The position numbers and the translations under genes were made by a program. 64,000 bases of DNA, taken from positions 32,001-96,000 of IMG/VR virus record IMGVR_UViG_3300036834_000211, one strand, 5' to 3'. The DNA comes from a virus. The notes below the pieces were generated by a model that saw only the letters and a program-made list of their open reading frames with translations, did no database searches and had not been told where the DNA came from. Positions within the stretch are counted from its first letter, which is position 1; each line of letters begins with the position of its first letter. This document shows positions 1-9,447 of this stretch, piece by piece.

Positions 1-915
1 GGGAAGGTGGCCGACGACGACGGTGCTCGAGACAAGAAGCTCGTCGTAGACCTGGACGACGACGAGAACCAACTCACCAAGCTGCTGACCCACATCAAGG
101 AGACGGCCTCCGTCGGTCACTCGTTCGAGGTCGTGGTCGACCCGGAGGACCCGGAGCATCGGGCCAAGTTCTTCATCGACGGCGACGGCGCGTTCCGCAT
201 CAAGAAGGTGGAGCAGGCCGCCGACGAGCTGGCGATGGACTGGACCGGGACCGCGATCCTCAGTCACTCGCCGCCCTGCGAGCTGGGGCTCTTCGACCCG
301 AATGGACCAGTTCCACCTGTCTTCGACTTCGCCTACGACCGCGAGTCGGCCCGGCAGTACGATGCGGACGGTCACCTCCACGTCAGGGACGTGAACATCG
401 CCAAGGCGAGCGTCAACGAGTATCTCGGCGAGGAGATCCCGGACTGGGAGAAGCTGGGGCTGGACCCGAAGAGGAAGTACCGCCTGTGGCGACACCCGGA
501 CGAGCTGAAGAAGGCCGTTCCGACGGCCAACGGGAAGCCGATCCTGGACGACCACGCGCCGATCAACGCGGACACGCACGATCGAAAGATGGTCGTCGGA
601 TCGGTTGGCACCGACGCGAGGTGGGAGCCCCCGTTTGTGAAGTCCACCCTGTCGTTCTGGCCGGCTAAGGCCAGCCGGGAGATTGAGAGCAACCGGCGCC
701 GCGCCCTGAGCCCGGCTTACCGATACCGACCTGACATGACCCCGGGTCGTACTCCCGACGGCGAGCCTTACGACGGTGTGATGCGCGACATCTCCTTCTC
801 GCACCTGGCCCAGATCCCGGAGGGTCGCCAGGGACCGGACATCGTCGTCACGGACGAATTGTTCACGTGGTCGACAATCGAGCGGGCCCTGCAGGAGATG
901 ATGGTCTCGGGATGA
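1..915 (+). CDS. DUF2213-family prohead protease with N-terminal extra domain (5' end probably outside window)
   Basis: Motifs 'R.YDADGHLHV..VNIAKA.VN.Y.G.EIP', 'KPIL.DH', 'LSPAYRY.PDMTPG', 'YDG.MRDI...HLA....GRQG'; frame is open back to base 1. Confidence 0.8.
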   Translation, partial: GKVADDDGARDKKLVVDLDDDENQLTKLLTHIKETASVGHSFEVVVDPEDPEHRAKFFIDGDGAFRIKKVEQAADELAMDWTGTAILSHSPPCELGLFDPNGPVPPVFDFAYDRESARQYDADGHLHVRDVNIAKASVNEYLGEEIPDWEKLGLDPKRKYRLWRHPDELKKAVPTANGKPILDDHAPINADTHDRKMVVGSVGTDARWEPPFVKSTLSFWPAKASREIESNRRRALSPAYRYRPDMTPGRTPDGEPYDGVMRDISFSHLAQIPEGRQGPDIVVTDELFTWSTIERALQEMMVSG

Positions 916-2369
916 GCAGATTAGTTGACGCGTTACGTCGAAAGTACAAGACGCCGCAGGAGGCCGTGGAGGCACTGGGTCTCGATGCCGCGCTGCTGAG
1001 AGGTGATACCGCACTGGTCGGTGATGAGGAGAATAGCATGAGAACTCAGTTGACTCCGAAGGCAGCCCTCGCCGCAGGCGCGGTCCTGGGTTGGTACAAC
1101 GCCAACAAGTCGAAGAGTACCGGCATGGCGATGGACGCTGCCGCCGATCTGATCAATCCGATCTTCGCCGGCGTCACGTCCAAGAACTACGCCGCCCAGA
1201 TACCCGTCGTCTCAGCTGCCGTCCTCGCTGCCGTCAACGGCAAGTTGGCTAACGACGTCTCCATCGAGGACGTCACCACACTAATCTCGGCGCTCCAGGG
1301 GACGGAGGCGGGTGCCGACACTGGCACCGAGGCCAACGTCGGTATGCCGGCCCACATGATGGAGGATCCGGAGGATGCCGACGACGAGAGCGAGGAGGAG
1401 CGCAAGGAGGACGAGGGCTGGGACAAGCGTGCCCGGGACGCCCGCGACCGGCTCGGTCGAGACGAGAGTGAGGAGGAGGCGGAGCGCCGCGAGGAGGAGG
1501 AAGCGGACGACGAGATGAATCCGCTAACCGGTCACGTATCAGACCGCAAGGCCGCCCGCGACAAGAGGCGGGCCGACGACGCTCGCAGGCGCCTGGGTCA
1601 CGACGAGAGCGAGGAGGAGCGCGAGAAGCGTGAGGAGCGGGAATCAGCAGAGGATCGAGTCCGCGCCCGCGACCGTCGGCGCATGGGTCGCGACTACCGC
1701 AAGGCCAGGGACGCCCACATAGCCGCCCGCGATGCCCACCGGAGGGCTACGAACGACTGGCGTGCGGCCAAGGACGCGCACCAGAGGGCGATGGACGGAC
1801 GCAGTGCGGACGACGCCGTCGCCGCCGACCGCGCTATGAAGAAGGCTGACGACGAGGCCCGCAGGGCCCACGACGCCCTGGTCAAGGCCAGGGACGCCCG
1901 TCACAAGGCCCGCGACGCTCGCAGGGCCCACGACAAGCGGTTCGGGCGGGACGAGCCCCCGCCGTTCGAGGGACGGCCGAAGAACGGAGGAACAGTGGAC
2001 AAGGCAGCGATGGACGAGGCCATCAGAGTGAGCGTCGCCGACGCCTTGCGCGAGAACGACCGCCGACACGCTGCGATCGCCGAGGCTCTCCGCGTCGTCC
2101 GACCCAGGGTCGGCGAGCTGGCGATGGACAGTTCAATCTACGCAGCCTCGGACGTCTACGATCGCGCCCTAACCGTGCTGGGCGTCGACCACGCGGGGAT
2201 CCGCGATGCGACAGCCTTGAAGCGCCTGTTCGAGGTGGCGGCGACTGCCCGTCCTAGTGCCGATCGACCGGGCGACGGGTTTGCGCACGACTCCGCCGGA
2301 CCGACCGCCGACGCAGCGAGGAGCTTCGACTCGCTCTACCCCGGGGTGCGGAACCGCTATCAGAACTGA
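912..2369 (+). CDS. Capsid scaffolding protein (low-complexity, D/E/R/A-rich)
   Basis: ATG overlaps the protease stop (ATGA); lies between protease and decoration/MCP genes; long charged helical repeats. Confidence 0.7.
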   Translation: MSRLVDALRRKYKTPQEAVEALGLDAALLRGDTALVGDEENSMRTQLTPKAALAAGAVLGWYNANKSKSTGMAMDAAADLINPIFAGVTSKNYAAQIPVVSAAVLAAVNGKLANDVSIEDVTTLISALQGTEAGADTGTEANVGMPAHMMEDPEDADDESEEERKEDEGWDKRARDARDRLGRDESEEEAERREEEEADDEMNPLTGHVSDRKAARDKRRADDARRRLGHDESEEEREKREERESAEDRVRARDRRRMGRDYRKARDAHIAARDAHRRATNDWRAAKDAHQRAMDGRSADDAVAADRAMKKADDEARRAHDALVKARDARHKARDARRAHDKRFGRDEPPPFEGRPKNGGTVDKAAMDEAIRVSVADALRENDRRHAAIAEALRVVRPRVGELAMDSSIYAASDVYDRALTVLGVDHAGIRDATALKRLFEVAATARPSADRPGDGFAHDSAGPTADAARSFDSLYPGVRNRYQN

Positions 2370-2419
2370 GTTAGAACCCGGGACGTACTTCCGAGCAAAA
2401 GTGAGAGAGGATTAGTCAG

Positions 2420-3385
2420 ATGCCCTCAAGACAGCAGCAGGCCCTAGTCGTCCCGGGGATCGGGGTCGAGGGCGACTTCGCGGATATGAACCCGCGCTAC
2501 AGCGTCCTCGCCGGACCCGGGGCGCTAGTCTCCGGATCGGCCGGGGTCTTCGTCGGTAGGTTTGCCTGGCTGAGCCAGGCGGCCCTGGATCCGGACTACG
2601 CCGCTGCGATCGTCAACAACTTTGGTGTCGGCGTCCCGGATGGCTTCGTACCGCGCAGCGGCCAGCAGTCGCTGATAACCCAGTACCTCGCCGACAGCAC
2701 CCTGCTAATCCAGCAAGGTGCGCCGCTGTGGTTGGCGGCTGGGGGTGGCTTCTTGGTGCGCAATAGCGGCTCCAACCAGGCGCTCGTCTGGCCTGTGGCG
2801 ATGAAGGCATATGCCAACCTGGCCAACGGCCTGGCTACCTTCGCCGCGACCGGCTCCCCGACCACGGCCTCCCTGACGACCTCGTCGATCGCGGCGAATA
2901 CGACGGTCGCCGCGATCAGTATGACCGGGTCGATTACCAACAACGTGCTGACGGTCACGGCCGTCTCCACCGGCACGCTGTACCCCGGTACGATCCTCAC
3001 GGGTCCGTCCGGCGTTGCCACCGGCACGCAGGTCGTCGCGCAGCTCACCAGCACGGCCACCGGCGGCGCTCTCGGCGGCCTCGGTACCTACGCACTGTCG
3101 ATCGGCGAGCAGACCGTCGCGTCCGGTACCGTGGTCGGCACCTACGGCATCTTGACCGTCGGCGGTGGCGGCCCGCCCGTTTCCGGCAGCGTGCTATCGG
3201 GCACCGGAGTCACGACCGGGACGATCGTGTGGGGACAGCTTACCGCCTCCACCTGGGTCGTGTCACCGTCCCAGACGGCGGCGAGTACTACGATCACCGC
3301 GACCCTGAACGTCGAGACCAAGTGGGCCGCGCGCTCCAGCGGCGGTGCCGGCGAGCTGATCAAGATCAGCGAGATCGCGCAGTAG
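2420..3385 (+). CDS. Head decoration/cement protein with inserted Thr/Gly-rich beta modules
   Basis: N-term 'GVEGDFA..NPR.S.LAGPG.LV.G..GV.VGRFAW' as in PB1/Bcep781-like decoration proteins; upstream of MCP. Confidence 0.7.
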   Translation: MPSRQQQALVVPGIGVEGDFADMNPRYSVLAGPGALVSGSAGVFVGRFAWLSQAALDPDYAAAIVNNFGVGVPDGFVPRSGQQSLITQYLADSTLLIQQGAPLWLAAGGGFLVRNSGSNQALVWPVAMKAYANLANGLATFAATGSPTTASLTTSSIAANTTVAAISMTGSITNNVLTVTAVSTGTLYPGTILTGPSGVATGTQVVAQLTSTATGGALGGLGTYALSIGEQTVASGTVVGTYGILTVGGGGPPVSGSVLSGTGVTTGTIVWGQLTASTWVVSPSQTAASTTITATLNVETKWAARSSGGAGELIKISEIAQ

Positions 3386-3386
3386 G

Positions 3387-3599
3387 ATGGCCGGCTTCGC
3401 CTTCTCGAGGGTCTACAACCCGCTGGTCGACGACTACGAAATGATCGTCGCCGCCGCCCACCACCACGCCCTGGTCGGCGTGACGGTCTTCTCGCCGACC
3501 GCGGTTCGCCTGGACTTCGCCCCGTCCGACCTACCGGGCGCTCCGGCACCCGCGAAGGTGGTACTGCCCCCGTACATCGCCCCGCCGAAGCACCGCTGA
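3387..3599 (+). CDS. Small hypothetical protein
   Basis: ORF fills the gap between decoration and MCP genes. Confidence 0.5.
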   Translation: MAGFAFSRVYNPLVDDYEMIVAAAHHHALVGVTVFSPTAVRLDFAPSDLPGAPAPAKVVLPPYIAPPKHR

Positions 3600-3653
3600 A
3601 GACCTAGACATTTCCGGCCAGGAACCGGATTTAACTGAGGAGTTTACTTAATC

Positions 3654-4769
3654 ATGACACCACAAGAAGCGAGGGCCGAGTTCCTGGCGCACCGTCCCAT
3701 CCTCGTCGAGAGGGGGATCTCGTGGTACCCCGGTACGGAGCCGCGCTCTTACTGGCCGTCCGACTTCGCCCGAGTGGCGATGGACGCCGGGCTCACCATG
3801 GATGCCGTCCCAGCCATCGGCAGCAACGCGAATGCTGGCATCCCAGCGCTGTTCACCACGTACGTCGATCCGAAGGTCTACAAGTGGATCTTTGCCGCGC
3901 TGGCCATTGCCGACATCATCGGCGAGGAGCGGCGCGTCGCCGACTGGGCCGAGCAGACGGCGATGTTCCCAGTGTCGGAGCCGACCGGCGAGACGACCGC
4001 ATACAGCGACTACGCGGACGGCGGCCGTCCCTCCGACTACAACGCTAACTGGGCGCAGTTCCAGCAGTTCCTGTTCCAGGGCGTCATCGACTACGGCGAC
4101 CTCGAGGTGGAGAGGTTCTCCCGCGCGAAGATCAATGTGATCAGCGAGAAGCAGGAGTCCAGGGCGCGCAACCTGAACACGTTCTTGAACTTCATCTACG
4201 CCTTCGGCGTGGCCGGCCTGGCGAACTACGGGTTGCTCAACGATCCGCTGCTCTCCGCGGCACTGACGCCCGGTCCGAAGGCGTACGGCGGTACGGCGTG
4301 GCAGGTCGGGACGGTCACCCGGGCGACTCCGAACGAGATCTTCACCGACATCCAGTCGCTGATCACGCTCGGCGTCCAGCAGACCCTGGGCCGCGCCAAC
4401 ATGAAGAGCCGCATGACCTTGGCCCTCGGGCCGGTCAGCCACATGGCAATCACCGCGACCAATTCCTTCAACGTCAACACGACCGACCTACTGAAGAAGA
4501 ACTTCCCGAACCTGGAGATCAACGGCGAGGCCGTCCAGTACACGGCCCAGTCTTCGATCAACCCGCAGGGGATCGTCGGTGGCAACCTCATGCAGCTCGT
4601 GATCCACGAGATCGAGGGACAGCAGACCGGCTTCGCCGCGTACGGCGAGAAGCTGCGCACCTTCCCCGTCGTCCGTCAGCTGTCGTCCTTCCGCCAGAAG
4701 GCAGTGTCGGGAGGCTGGGGCTCCATAATCCGGATGCCGATGGCGATCGTGTCGATGTTCGGCATCTGA
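3654..4769 (+). CDS. Major capsid protein (DUF2184 family)
   Basis: 'AMDA....N.GIP..FTTYVDP', 'E.TG.T.AY.DY..G', 'YGLLNDP.L'; RBS GAGGAG. Confidence 0.9.
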   Translation: MTPQEARAEFLAHRPILVERGISWYPGTEPRSYWPSDFARVAMDAGLTMDAVPAIGSNANAGIPALFTTYVDPKVYKWIFAALAIADIIGEERRVADWAEQTAMFPVSEPTGETTAYSDYADGGRPSDYNANWAQFQQFLFQGVIDYGDLEVERFSRAKINVISEKQESRARNLNTFLNFIYAFGVAGLANYGLLNDPLLSAALTPGPKAYGGTAWQVGTVTRATPNEIFTDIQSLITLGVQQTLGRANMKSRMTLALGPVSHMAITATNSFNVNTTDLLKKNFPNLEINGEAVQYTAQSSINPQGIVGGNLMQLVIHEIEGQQTGFAAYGEKLRTFPVVRQLSSFRQKAVSGGWGSIIRMPMAIVSMFGI

Positions 4770-4783
4770 ATAGAGGAGAAGAG

Positions 4784-5392
4784 ATGTCAGAAGAGACCAC
4801 TCAGGTACTTAGGCGGCAATCGAGCCCGGCTCGGGTCGGGGGCTCCCCGCCGGCGGCCGGCACCGACACCGTCACCGTCGCGTGCAAGCTCCCGATGGGT
4901 GTACACATGGTGCTGTACGACGTCATCGTCGAGAAGCTCCGCGACCTCGGTGGCAACGAGCAGGAGTCGTTCAGGTCGTACCCCCGAACCGGCGCACCGA
5001 CCTTCATCCTCAACGGCTGCTCCGTCGACATTGAGAAGATGCGCAAGGGTGAGCTCCCGGATTATACGATCGTCCAAGGCTCCCTGCCCGGCACCGGATT
5101 CGGCCTGACCTCGGGCATCCCGCGGGACTTCTGGGAGGAGTGGACCAGGGCGCCGGAGTTCGCAGACGGCAAGGTGGTCACGCACCCCGGTCCGGGCTAC
5201 GACTTAGTCAAGACGGGCCAGGTGTTCGCCGCCGCAAACGACCAGCGCGCCGCGGCCGAGGCCAAGGAGAAGCGGGATGTCAGGTCCGGCCTGGAGCCGC
5301 TCAACCCGGCTGACCCGGGTCCTCGCGCCGGCCTGCCCACCGGATCAATACGTCAGAGCACGAAGGGTGCCGCGCAGACCCCGGACATCTGA
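4784..5392 (+). CDS. Conserved post-MCP protein (head assembly/packaging accessory)
   Basis: RBS GAGGAG then ATG 4784; 'TVTVACKLP.G', 'G.GLT.GIP.DFW..W', 'SGLEPL.P' as in genes following the MCP in this phage type. Confidence 0.65.
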   Translation: MSEETTQVLRRQSSPARVGGSPPAAGTDTVTVACKLPMGVHMVLYDVIVEKLRDLGGNEQESFRSYPRTGAPTFILNGCSVDIEKMRKGELPDYTIVQGSLPGTGFGLTSGIPRDFWEEWTRAPEFADGKVVTHPGPGYDLVKTGQVFAAANDQRAAAEAKEKRDVRSGLEPLNPADPGPRAGLPTGSIRQSTKGAAQTPDI

Positions 5393-5404
5393 TCTTCACC
5401 CAGA

Positions 5405-6148
5405 ATGGCCGACGACAGCAACGGGAGGGTTGATGCGGCGACGCTCCAGCGTCTCGAGAGCGACGTCACCGCATTTCAGAGGTCCCTCCAGCTGCTGCGC
5501 GAGGAGCAGATCACCCAGATCGGCGAACTCACGAGCCTGAAGGCCTCCGTCCAGACCGGCGAGGCCGAGACCAGCGCGGCCATAAAGACCATCAACGGCA
5601 AGCTCGGACCAAACTACACAGCCCTGGCTCTGTACGCCGCCCTGGTGATCGCCGTCGTGCCGGTGGTGTGGCTGATCGTCACCATGTACACTGGAGCGGC
5701 AGTCGACAAGGCGAGCAGCGATCTGACAAACAAGATCACCCCCGCGATCTCGGCGACGCAGGTCAACGGGGAGGCCATCAGGCGCCTGAGCGACGCCGTG
5801 TCGACACTGCAGCAGGTCTCTTCCGGCAGTACCGTCGCAGACGCTGCGTCGAGGGGAGACCGGGCTCAGATCAACGATCGGCTGGGGAAGGTGGAGTCAG
5901 GCCTCGCGAGCGAGGTGGCCGAGCGCCGGGAGTTCGCCGCCTCCGTCAGGGTTGCCGAGGCCGAGATCGAGACCCAGTTCTGTAACGCGGACGCGATACG
6001 CAACCTGATGCACAAGATGGACGCAACTGACATCTCGATAGTGTGGAGGAAGGTCCTTCCCGACTCGCCCATGCCAACTGACAACATGTACTATCCGGTG
6101 CTGTGCCACCGCGGTACCAATCCGACGCAGGCGTCAGATGCGCGATGA
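5405..6148 (+). CDS. Membrane-anchored coiled-coil protein
   Basis: One hydrophobic segment (ALALYAALVIAVVPVVWLIV) flanked by heptad-like regions. Confidence 0.55.
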   Translation: MADDSNGRVDAATLQRLESDVTAFQRSLQLLREEQITQIGELTSLKASVQTGEAETSAAIKTINGKLGPNYTALALYAALVIAVVPVVWLIVTMYTGAAVDKASSDLTNKITPAISATQVNGEAIRRLSDAVSTLQQVSSGSTVADAASRGDRAQINDRLGKVESGLASEVAERREFAASVRVAEAEIETQFCNADAIRNLMHKMDATDISIVWRKVLPDSPMPTDNMYYPVLCHRGTNPTQASDAR

Positions 6149-6639
6149 GCCTCCTCTGGAAGGCCATCCTGGGACGGGTCAACAGGCGCGCATTCGACTT
6201 CCCCGGCGCGGCCTACATCGCGATGATCTCGTGGATGCACGTCTCTCAGGCAATCTTCGTGCACCTGGATTCCCGGGCTGCGGACTTCCAGCACCTGCAC
6301 GGTGCGACGGACCTGATCGCCATCTTCTTGGCCTTCCACTACTTCGGCTGGGACATCGATGCCACGTTCCTGCAGGCGTTGATATGCTGCGCGTCCTCGC
6401 TGGCCGTCGTCGGGGTGGTATTCTCGGTCGGGTGGGTTCGCCTGGCCACGTTCGTGCCGCAGCACTTGGTACTCGGCGCGATGGGGTGGGGCGGGGTGCT
6501 GGCGGCCTGGCAAGGTCACTACCTCGACGGTACCCCCATGTCGTGGGGGCACATCGGTGCCGACCAGATCGGCTACATAACTCTATTCATCATCCACTCG
6601 TACGCCATCTGGCGTCGCTGCCGCTGGCAGGACGAGTGA
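6145..6639 (+). CDS. Multi-pass membrane protein (possible holin-like)
   Basis: About 4 hydrophobic segments, basic C-terminus; ATGA overlap. Confidence 0.5.
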   Translation: MSLLWKAILGRVNRRAFDFPGAAYIAMISWMHVSQAIFVHLDSRAADFQHLHGATDLIAIFLAFHYFGWDIDATFLQALICCASSLAVVGVVFSVGWVRLATFVPQHLVLGAMGWGGVLAAWQGHYLDGTPMSWGHIGADQIGYITLFIIHSYAIWRRCRWQDE

Positions 6640-6939
6640 ATGCCGGGCGGGGGCCTGATAGTAGCACTAGTCGGAGCAGGTACGGGTCTGCTGATCTTGT
6701 TCCTGATACTGGGAAGACGAAATTCCACCGCAGTCAGCACCAACGGGTGGCGGGCGACGGTTGCGCAGCAGCACAGGATCGAGGAGCTCACGCGCGAGAA
6801 CTCCAGGTTGAGGAGAGACCTCGTTACCGCGCAGGAGGACGTCATGACCATCAGGAGTGACCTCGCCAGGTCGCAGCAGGATGTGATTCGTTGGCGCCGT
6901 CGGTACGAGCAGGAAGTGAGACGAGGCAGTCCCGGATGA
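6640..6939 (+). CDS. N-terminal TM plus coiled-coil protein (possible lysis accessory)
   Basis: Hydrophobic N-terminus followed by coiled coil. Confidence 0.5.
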   Translation: MPGGGLIVALVGAGTGLLILFLILGRRNSTAVSTNGWRATVAQQHRIEELTRENSRLRRDLVTAQEDVMTIRSDLARSQQDVIRWRRRYEQEVRRGSPG

Positions 6940-6952
6940 CGAGGTATGTGAG

Positions 6953-7354
6953 GTGATCGCGCCGACAAACACGTTCGACGTCCTCGGCGACCTGGTCTCC
7001 AGGGTGCGGTGCAAGCCGGGGTGGGACTTCAAGCTGGTCGACGAGGACGGGGCGATGCGCCTGGTGATCACCGTGCGCGGTCGAGACTCGTACGACGAGG
7101 ACCTGCCGATGAACGTGCGACACTTCCTGCCGGTCCCGACGACGACGTACAACGAGAGGAGCTGGCGGCGGTGGGTGTTCGAGCAGTGCAGGCGCGTTGA
7201 GAATCACGAGCTGGGCGAGTGGTTCAGGATCGGCGACGAGCGCCCGTTCGCCCCGCTGCATGGTCCCGGCGAGGATCCGTACACCGTCCACGAGTTCCGC
7301 GACGAGGCGGACGCGCTGACTACCCAGGACGGGTCGATGCGGTCGAGGTCCTAG
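6953..7354 (+). CDS. Hypothetical phage protein
   Basis: ORF with GC3-rich codon usage and upstream GAGG. Confidence 0.6.
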   Translation: MIAPTNTFDVLGDLVSRVRCKPGWDFKLVDEDGAMRLVITVRGRDSYDEDLPMNVRHFLPVPTTTYNERSWRRWVFEQCRRVENHELGEWFRIGDERPFAPLHGPGEDPYTVHEFRDEADALTTQDGSMRSRS

Positions 7355-7359
7355 TTTAA

Positions 7360-7866
7360 GTGGGTGCGACCCCGATCACGTTCGACTACGCCAGGTGGAC
7401 CGCGCAGTTCCCGGAGCTGTCAGGCATCTCGTCGTCGGTCATCTACGGCGTTGACGCCTCCGGCCTCCCGTTCGGCTACTGGTCCGACGCGACGATGTTC
7501 GTGAGGAACGACGGCATCGGTCCGGTTGACGACCCGATCATGCTGGCCAACCTACTCTACCTGACCACTGCCCACATCGCCTTCATGTCGTCGCCGCGGA
7601 CCAACGGCGTGCCCACTACCGGTGGGCTCGAGCCACCCCCGCCCATCGTCGGTCGCATCGCCAGCGCCGCGGAGGGGAGCGTCAACGTTGCCACCGAGAT
7701 GCCGGACCAGCTCCCAGCCGCGGCGTGGTGGAACCAGACGCCGTACGGGGCGACGGCGTGGGCCATGCTGAAGCCGTTCCGGACGTTCCGCTACTTCCCC
7801 AGCCGGCGGCGTCGGACCTACAACCCGCCCCGCCGGTACCTGGGCGGCAACTTCGGCTACTGGTGA
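7360..7866 (+). CDS. Head-tail adaptor (DUF4054 family)
   Basis: 'FDY..W...FPEL', 'LL.L.TAHIA', 'VGRIASA.EGSV.V', 'WW.QT.YG...W....FRTFRY'. Confidence 0.85.
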   Translation: MGATPITFDYARWTAQFPELSGISSSVIYGVDASGLPFGYWSDATMFVRNDGIGPVDDPIMLANLLYLTTAHIAFMSSPRTNGVPTTGGLEPPPPIVGRIASAAEGSVNVATEMPDQLPAAAWWNQTPYGATAWAMLKPFRTFRYFPSRRRRTYNPPRRYLGGNFGYW

Positions 7867-7882
7867 GGGAGAGATTTGAATT

Positions 7883-8095
7883 ATGCCTATGAATATGTTC
7901 GTACCGTCCCTCGGAGACGTGGTGCTGGGAGTTATCTTTCCCAGGGCTGGCGTACCTAGCACAACGACACTCCTCGGCATCGCCGGGGTGGGCGATATGT
8001 ACGTTAACACGACGGCCGGTCCACCAGCGACACTCTACCTCTGTACCGCTGCGACGCCCACCGCACTGACGTGGGCGTCGGTCAGCGTCCCGTAG
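7883..8095 (+). CDS. Small virion-associated protein
   Basis: 'G.P.......GD.YVNT....LY.C......W' short beta motif seen in fibre/decoration proteins. Confidence 0.5.
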   Translation: MPMNMFVPSLGDVVLGVIFPRAGVPSTTTLLGIAGVGDMYVNTTAGPPATLYLCTAATPTALTWASVSVP

Positions 8096-8111
8096 GACTC
8101 CCCAGTGCCTA

Positions 8112-8214
8112 ATCGAGCCTGCGCCAGCCTGCGCGTGTCGTCCAGCTTGACAAAAGGCTTGGTAGCTACCGCTATAGCCTCCGGTACCCCACCGCGCGCA
8201 GCGCACGCGCAGGC
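8112..8214 (+). repeat. Dispersed intergenic element copy 1
   Basis: atcgagcctgcgccagcctgcgcgtgtcgtccagcttga matches the reverse complement of 62920-62958 at 35/39; 11-bp inverted repeat 8127-8137/8204-8214. Confidence 0.85.
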
Positions 8215-8223
8215 ACCTGCAAC

Positions 8224-8493
8224 GTGACCGTAGTCTTCAGCAACATCTCCGCGACGACGAGCCCGTTCGTCCTGCCTCCCGGCCAGTACGACATCGACGT
8301 TCACGCGACGTCCTACGGAACGGCGGTGACGTTGCAGAAGCTGGCGGCGGATGGGTCCACGTGGATGACCGCCCTGACAAACTTCGCGGCCGACGGCGTC
8401 ACGCCTGGGGTCTACTTATCTGGCACCTACCGAGTACTCGTCACCGGGGCTAGTGGTATCTATCTCAACATCGCGACGTTGGTTCAGTACTGA
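8224..8493 (+). CDS. Small beta-rich virion protein
   Basis: 'G..VTLQ.L..DGSTW' beta-sandwich-like; in structural operon. Confidence 0.55.
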   Translation: MTVVFSNISATTSPFVLPPGQYDIDVHATSYGTAVTLQKLAADGSTWMTALTNFAADGVTPGVYLSGTYRVLVTGASGIYLNIATLVQY

Positions 8494-8506
8494 GGAGATA
8501 GAGAGC

Positions 8507-8731
8507 ATGAAACTGGAAGAGATCGCCGAGATCGTCGGACGCGTCTGCCGGTGTGATCCCGACCGCGCGACCAATGCGGCAGCCGAGATCTTCGAGAAGG
8601 TGACCGCGGCGAGATGCGTCCTCACCGAGACCGTAGGTGAGGCGTCCGTGACGTTCTCCGCCCCCACCGTTGAGGAGCTGTACGGAGTCGCTGACGAGTA
8701 TCGCAGGCGCTATGTCGACCCGGGTACTTGA
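8507..8731 (+). CDS. Hypothetical protein
   Basis: RBS GAGGA, ATG 8507. Confidence 0.5.
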   Translation: MKLEEIAEIVGRVCRCDPDRATNAAAEIFEKVTAARCVLTETVGEASVTFSAPTVEELYGVADEYRRRYVDPGT

Positions 8732-9167
8732 GGGAGGCGAGAACCTCCGCCGCGCCCTGGCCTCGATCTCCATGGGGATACGACGCGGCGGCTCGCTGAA
8801 GGTCGGCTTCCTGAAAGGCTCCACGTACCCGGACGGCACACCCGTCGCCATGGTTGCCGCTGTCCACAACTACGGTGCCCCCAGCCGCGGCATCCCGCCG
8901 CGCCCGCACGGTAGTAACATGGTGGCGCGATACAGCCCCGAGTGGCCCGATGAGATCAGAGCGCAGCTTAAGGCAACCAACTACGACGCGCGGCTGACCA
9001 TGAACCGGATGGGCGCTCTCATCCGGGGGCAGTGGCAGCAGAGCATCCGCGACGGGCCCTTCGTCCCACTGAAGCCTGCGACGATCCGCGCCAAGGGATT
9101 CGATCAGCCTCTGATCGACAAGGCGCACATGATCAATTCGGTGGCGTTCGAGTACGAGGAGAGGTAA
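8712..9167 (+). CDS. Neck/tail-completion protein
   Basis: 'LKVGFL.G.TYPDGT.VA.VAA...YG.P..GIPPRP', 'PL...TI..KG..PLID...M..SV'. Confidence 0.8.
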   Translation: MSTRVLEGGENLRRALASISMGIRRGGSLKVGFLKGSTYPDGTPVAMVAAVHNYGAPSRGIPPRPHGSNMVARYSPEWPDEIRAQLKATNYDARLTMNRMGALIRGQWQQSIRDGPFVPLKPATIRAKGFDQPLIDKAHMINSVAFEYEER

Positions 9168-9196
9168 AATAGGACGCTTTCAGTAGGGAGGTCTCG

Positions 9197-9388
9197 ATGT
9201 CGTCGATCGTATATGATTTCCGCAACATGGAAGACTTCGCGGTGAAGAAGCCGGTCTACCTGTCTGACTTCGTCTCGATCCGACACAAGATCAACGAGCT
9301 GCTCAAGACCAGACTCGTCCCGGACGCCGCCGCGTCGCTGCACCCCGGCCTCGACCTCATCCTGCCCGGGACGTCGTCCGAGACGTGA
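9197..9388 (+). CDS. Small hypothetical protein
   Basis: RBS GGAGG before ATG. Confidence 0.5.
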   Translation: MSSIVYDFRNMEDFAVKKPVYLSDFVSIRHKINELLKTRLVPDAAASLHPGLDLILPGTSSET

Positions 9389-9447
9389 GGCCTACCGCCT
9401 TCGCCGAGGCCCTCGCCTCGGTCCTCTCCCCCGCCGATGGGACGGAC

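Noticed and set aside
5405-6939. Complete lysis cassette
   Set aside because: Membrane proteins are present but no endolysin or lipoprotein o-spanin was identifiable
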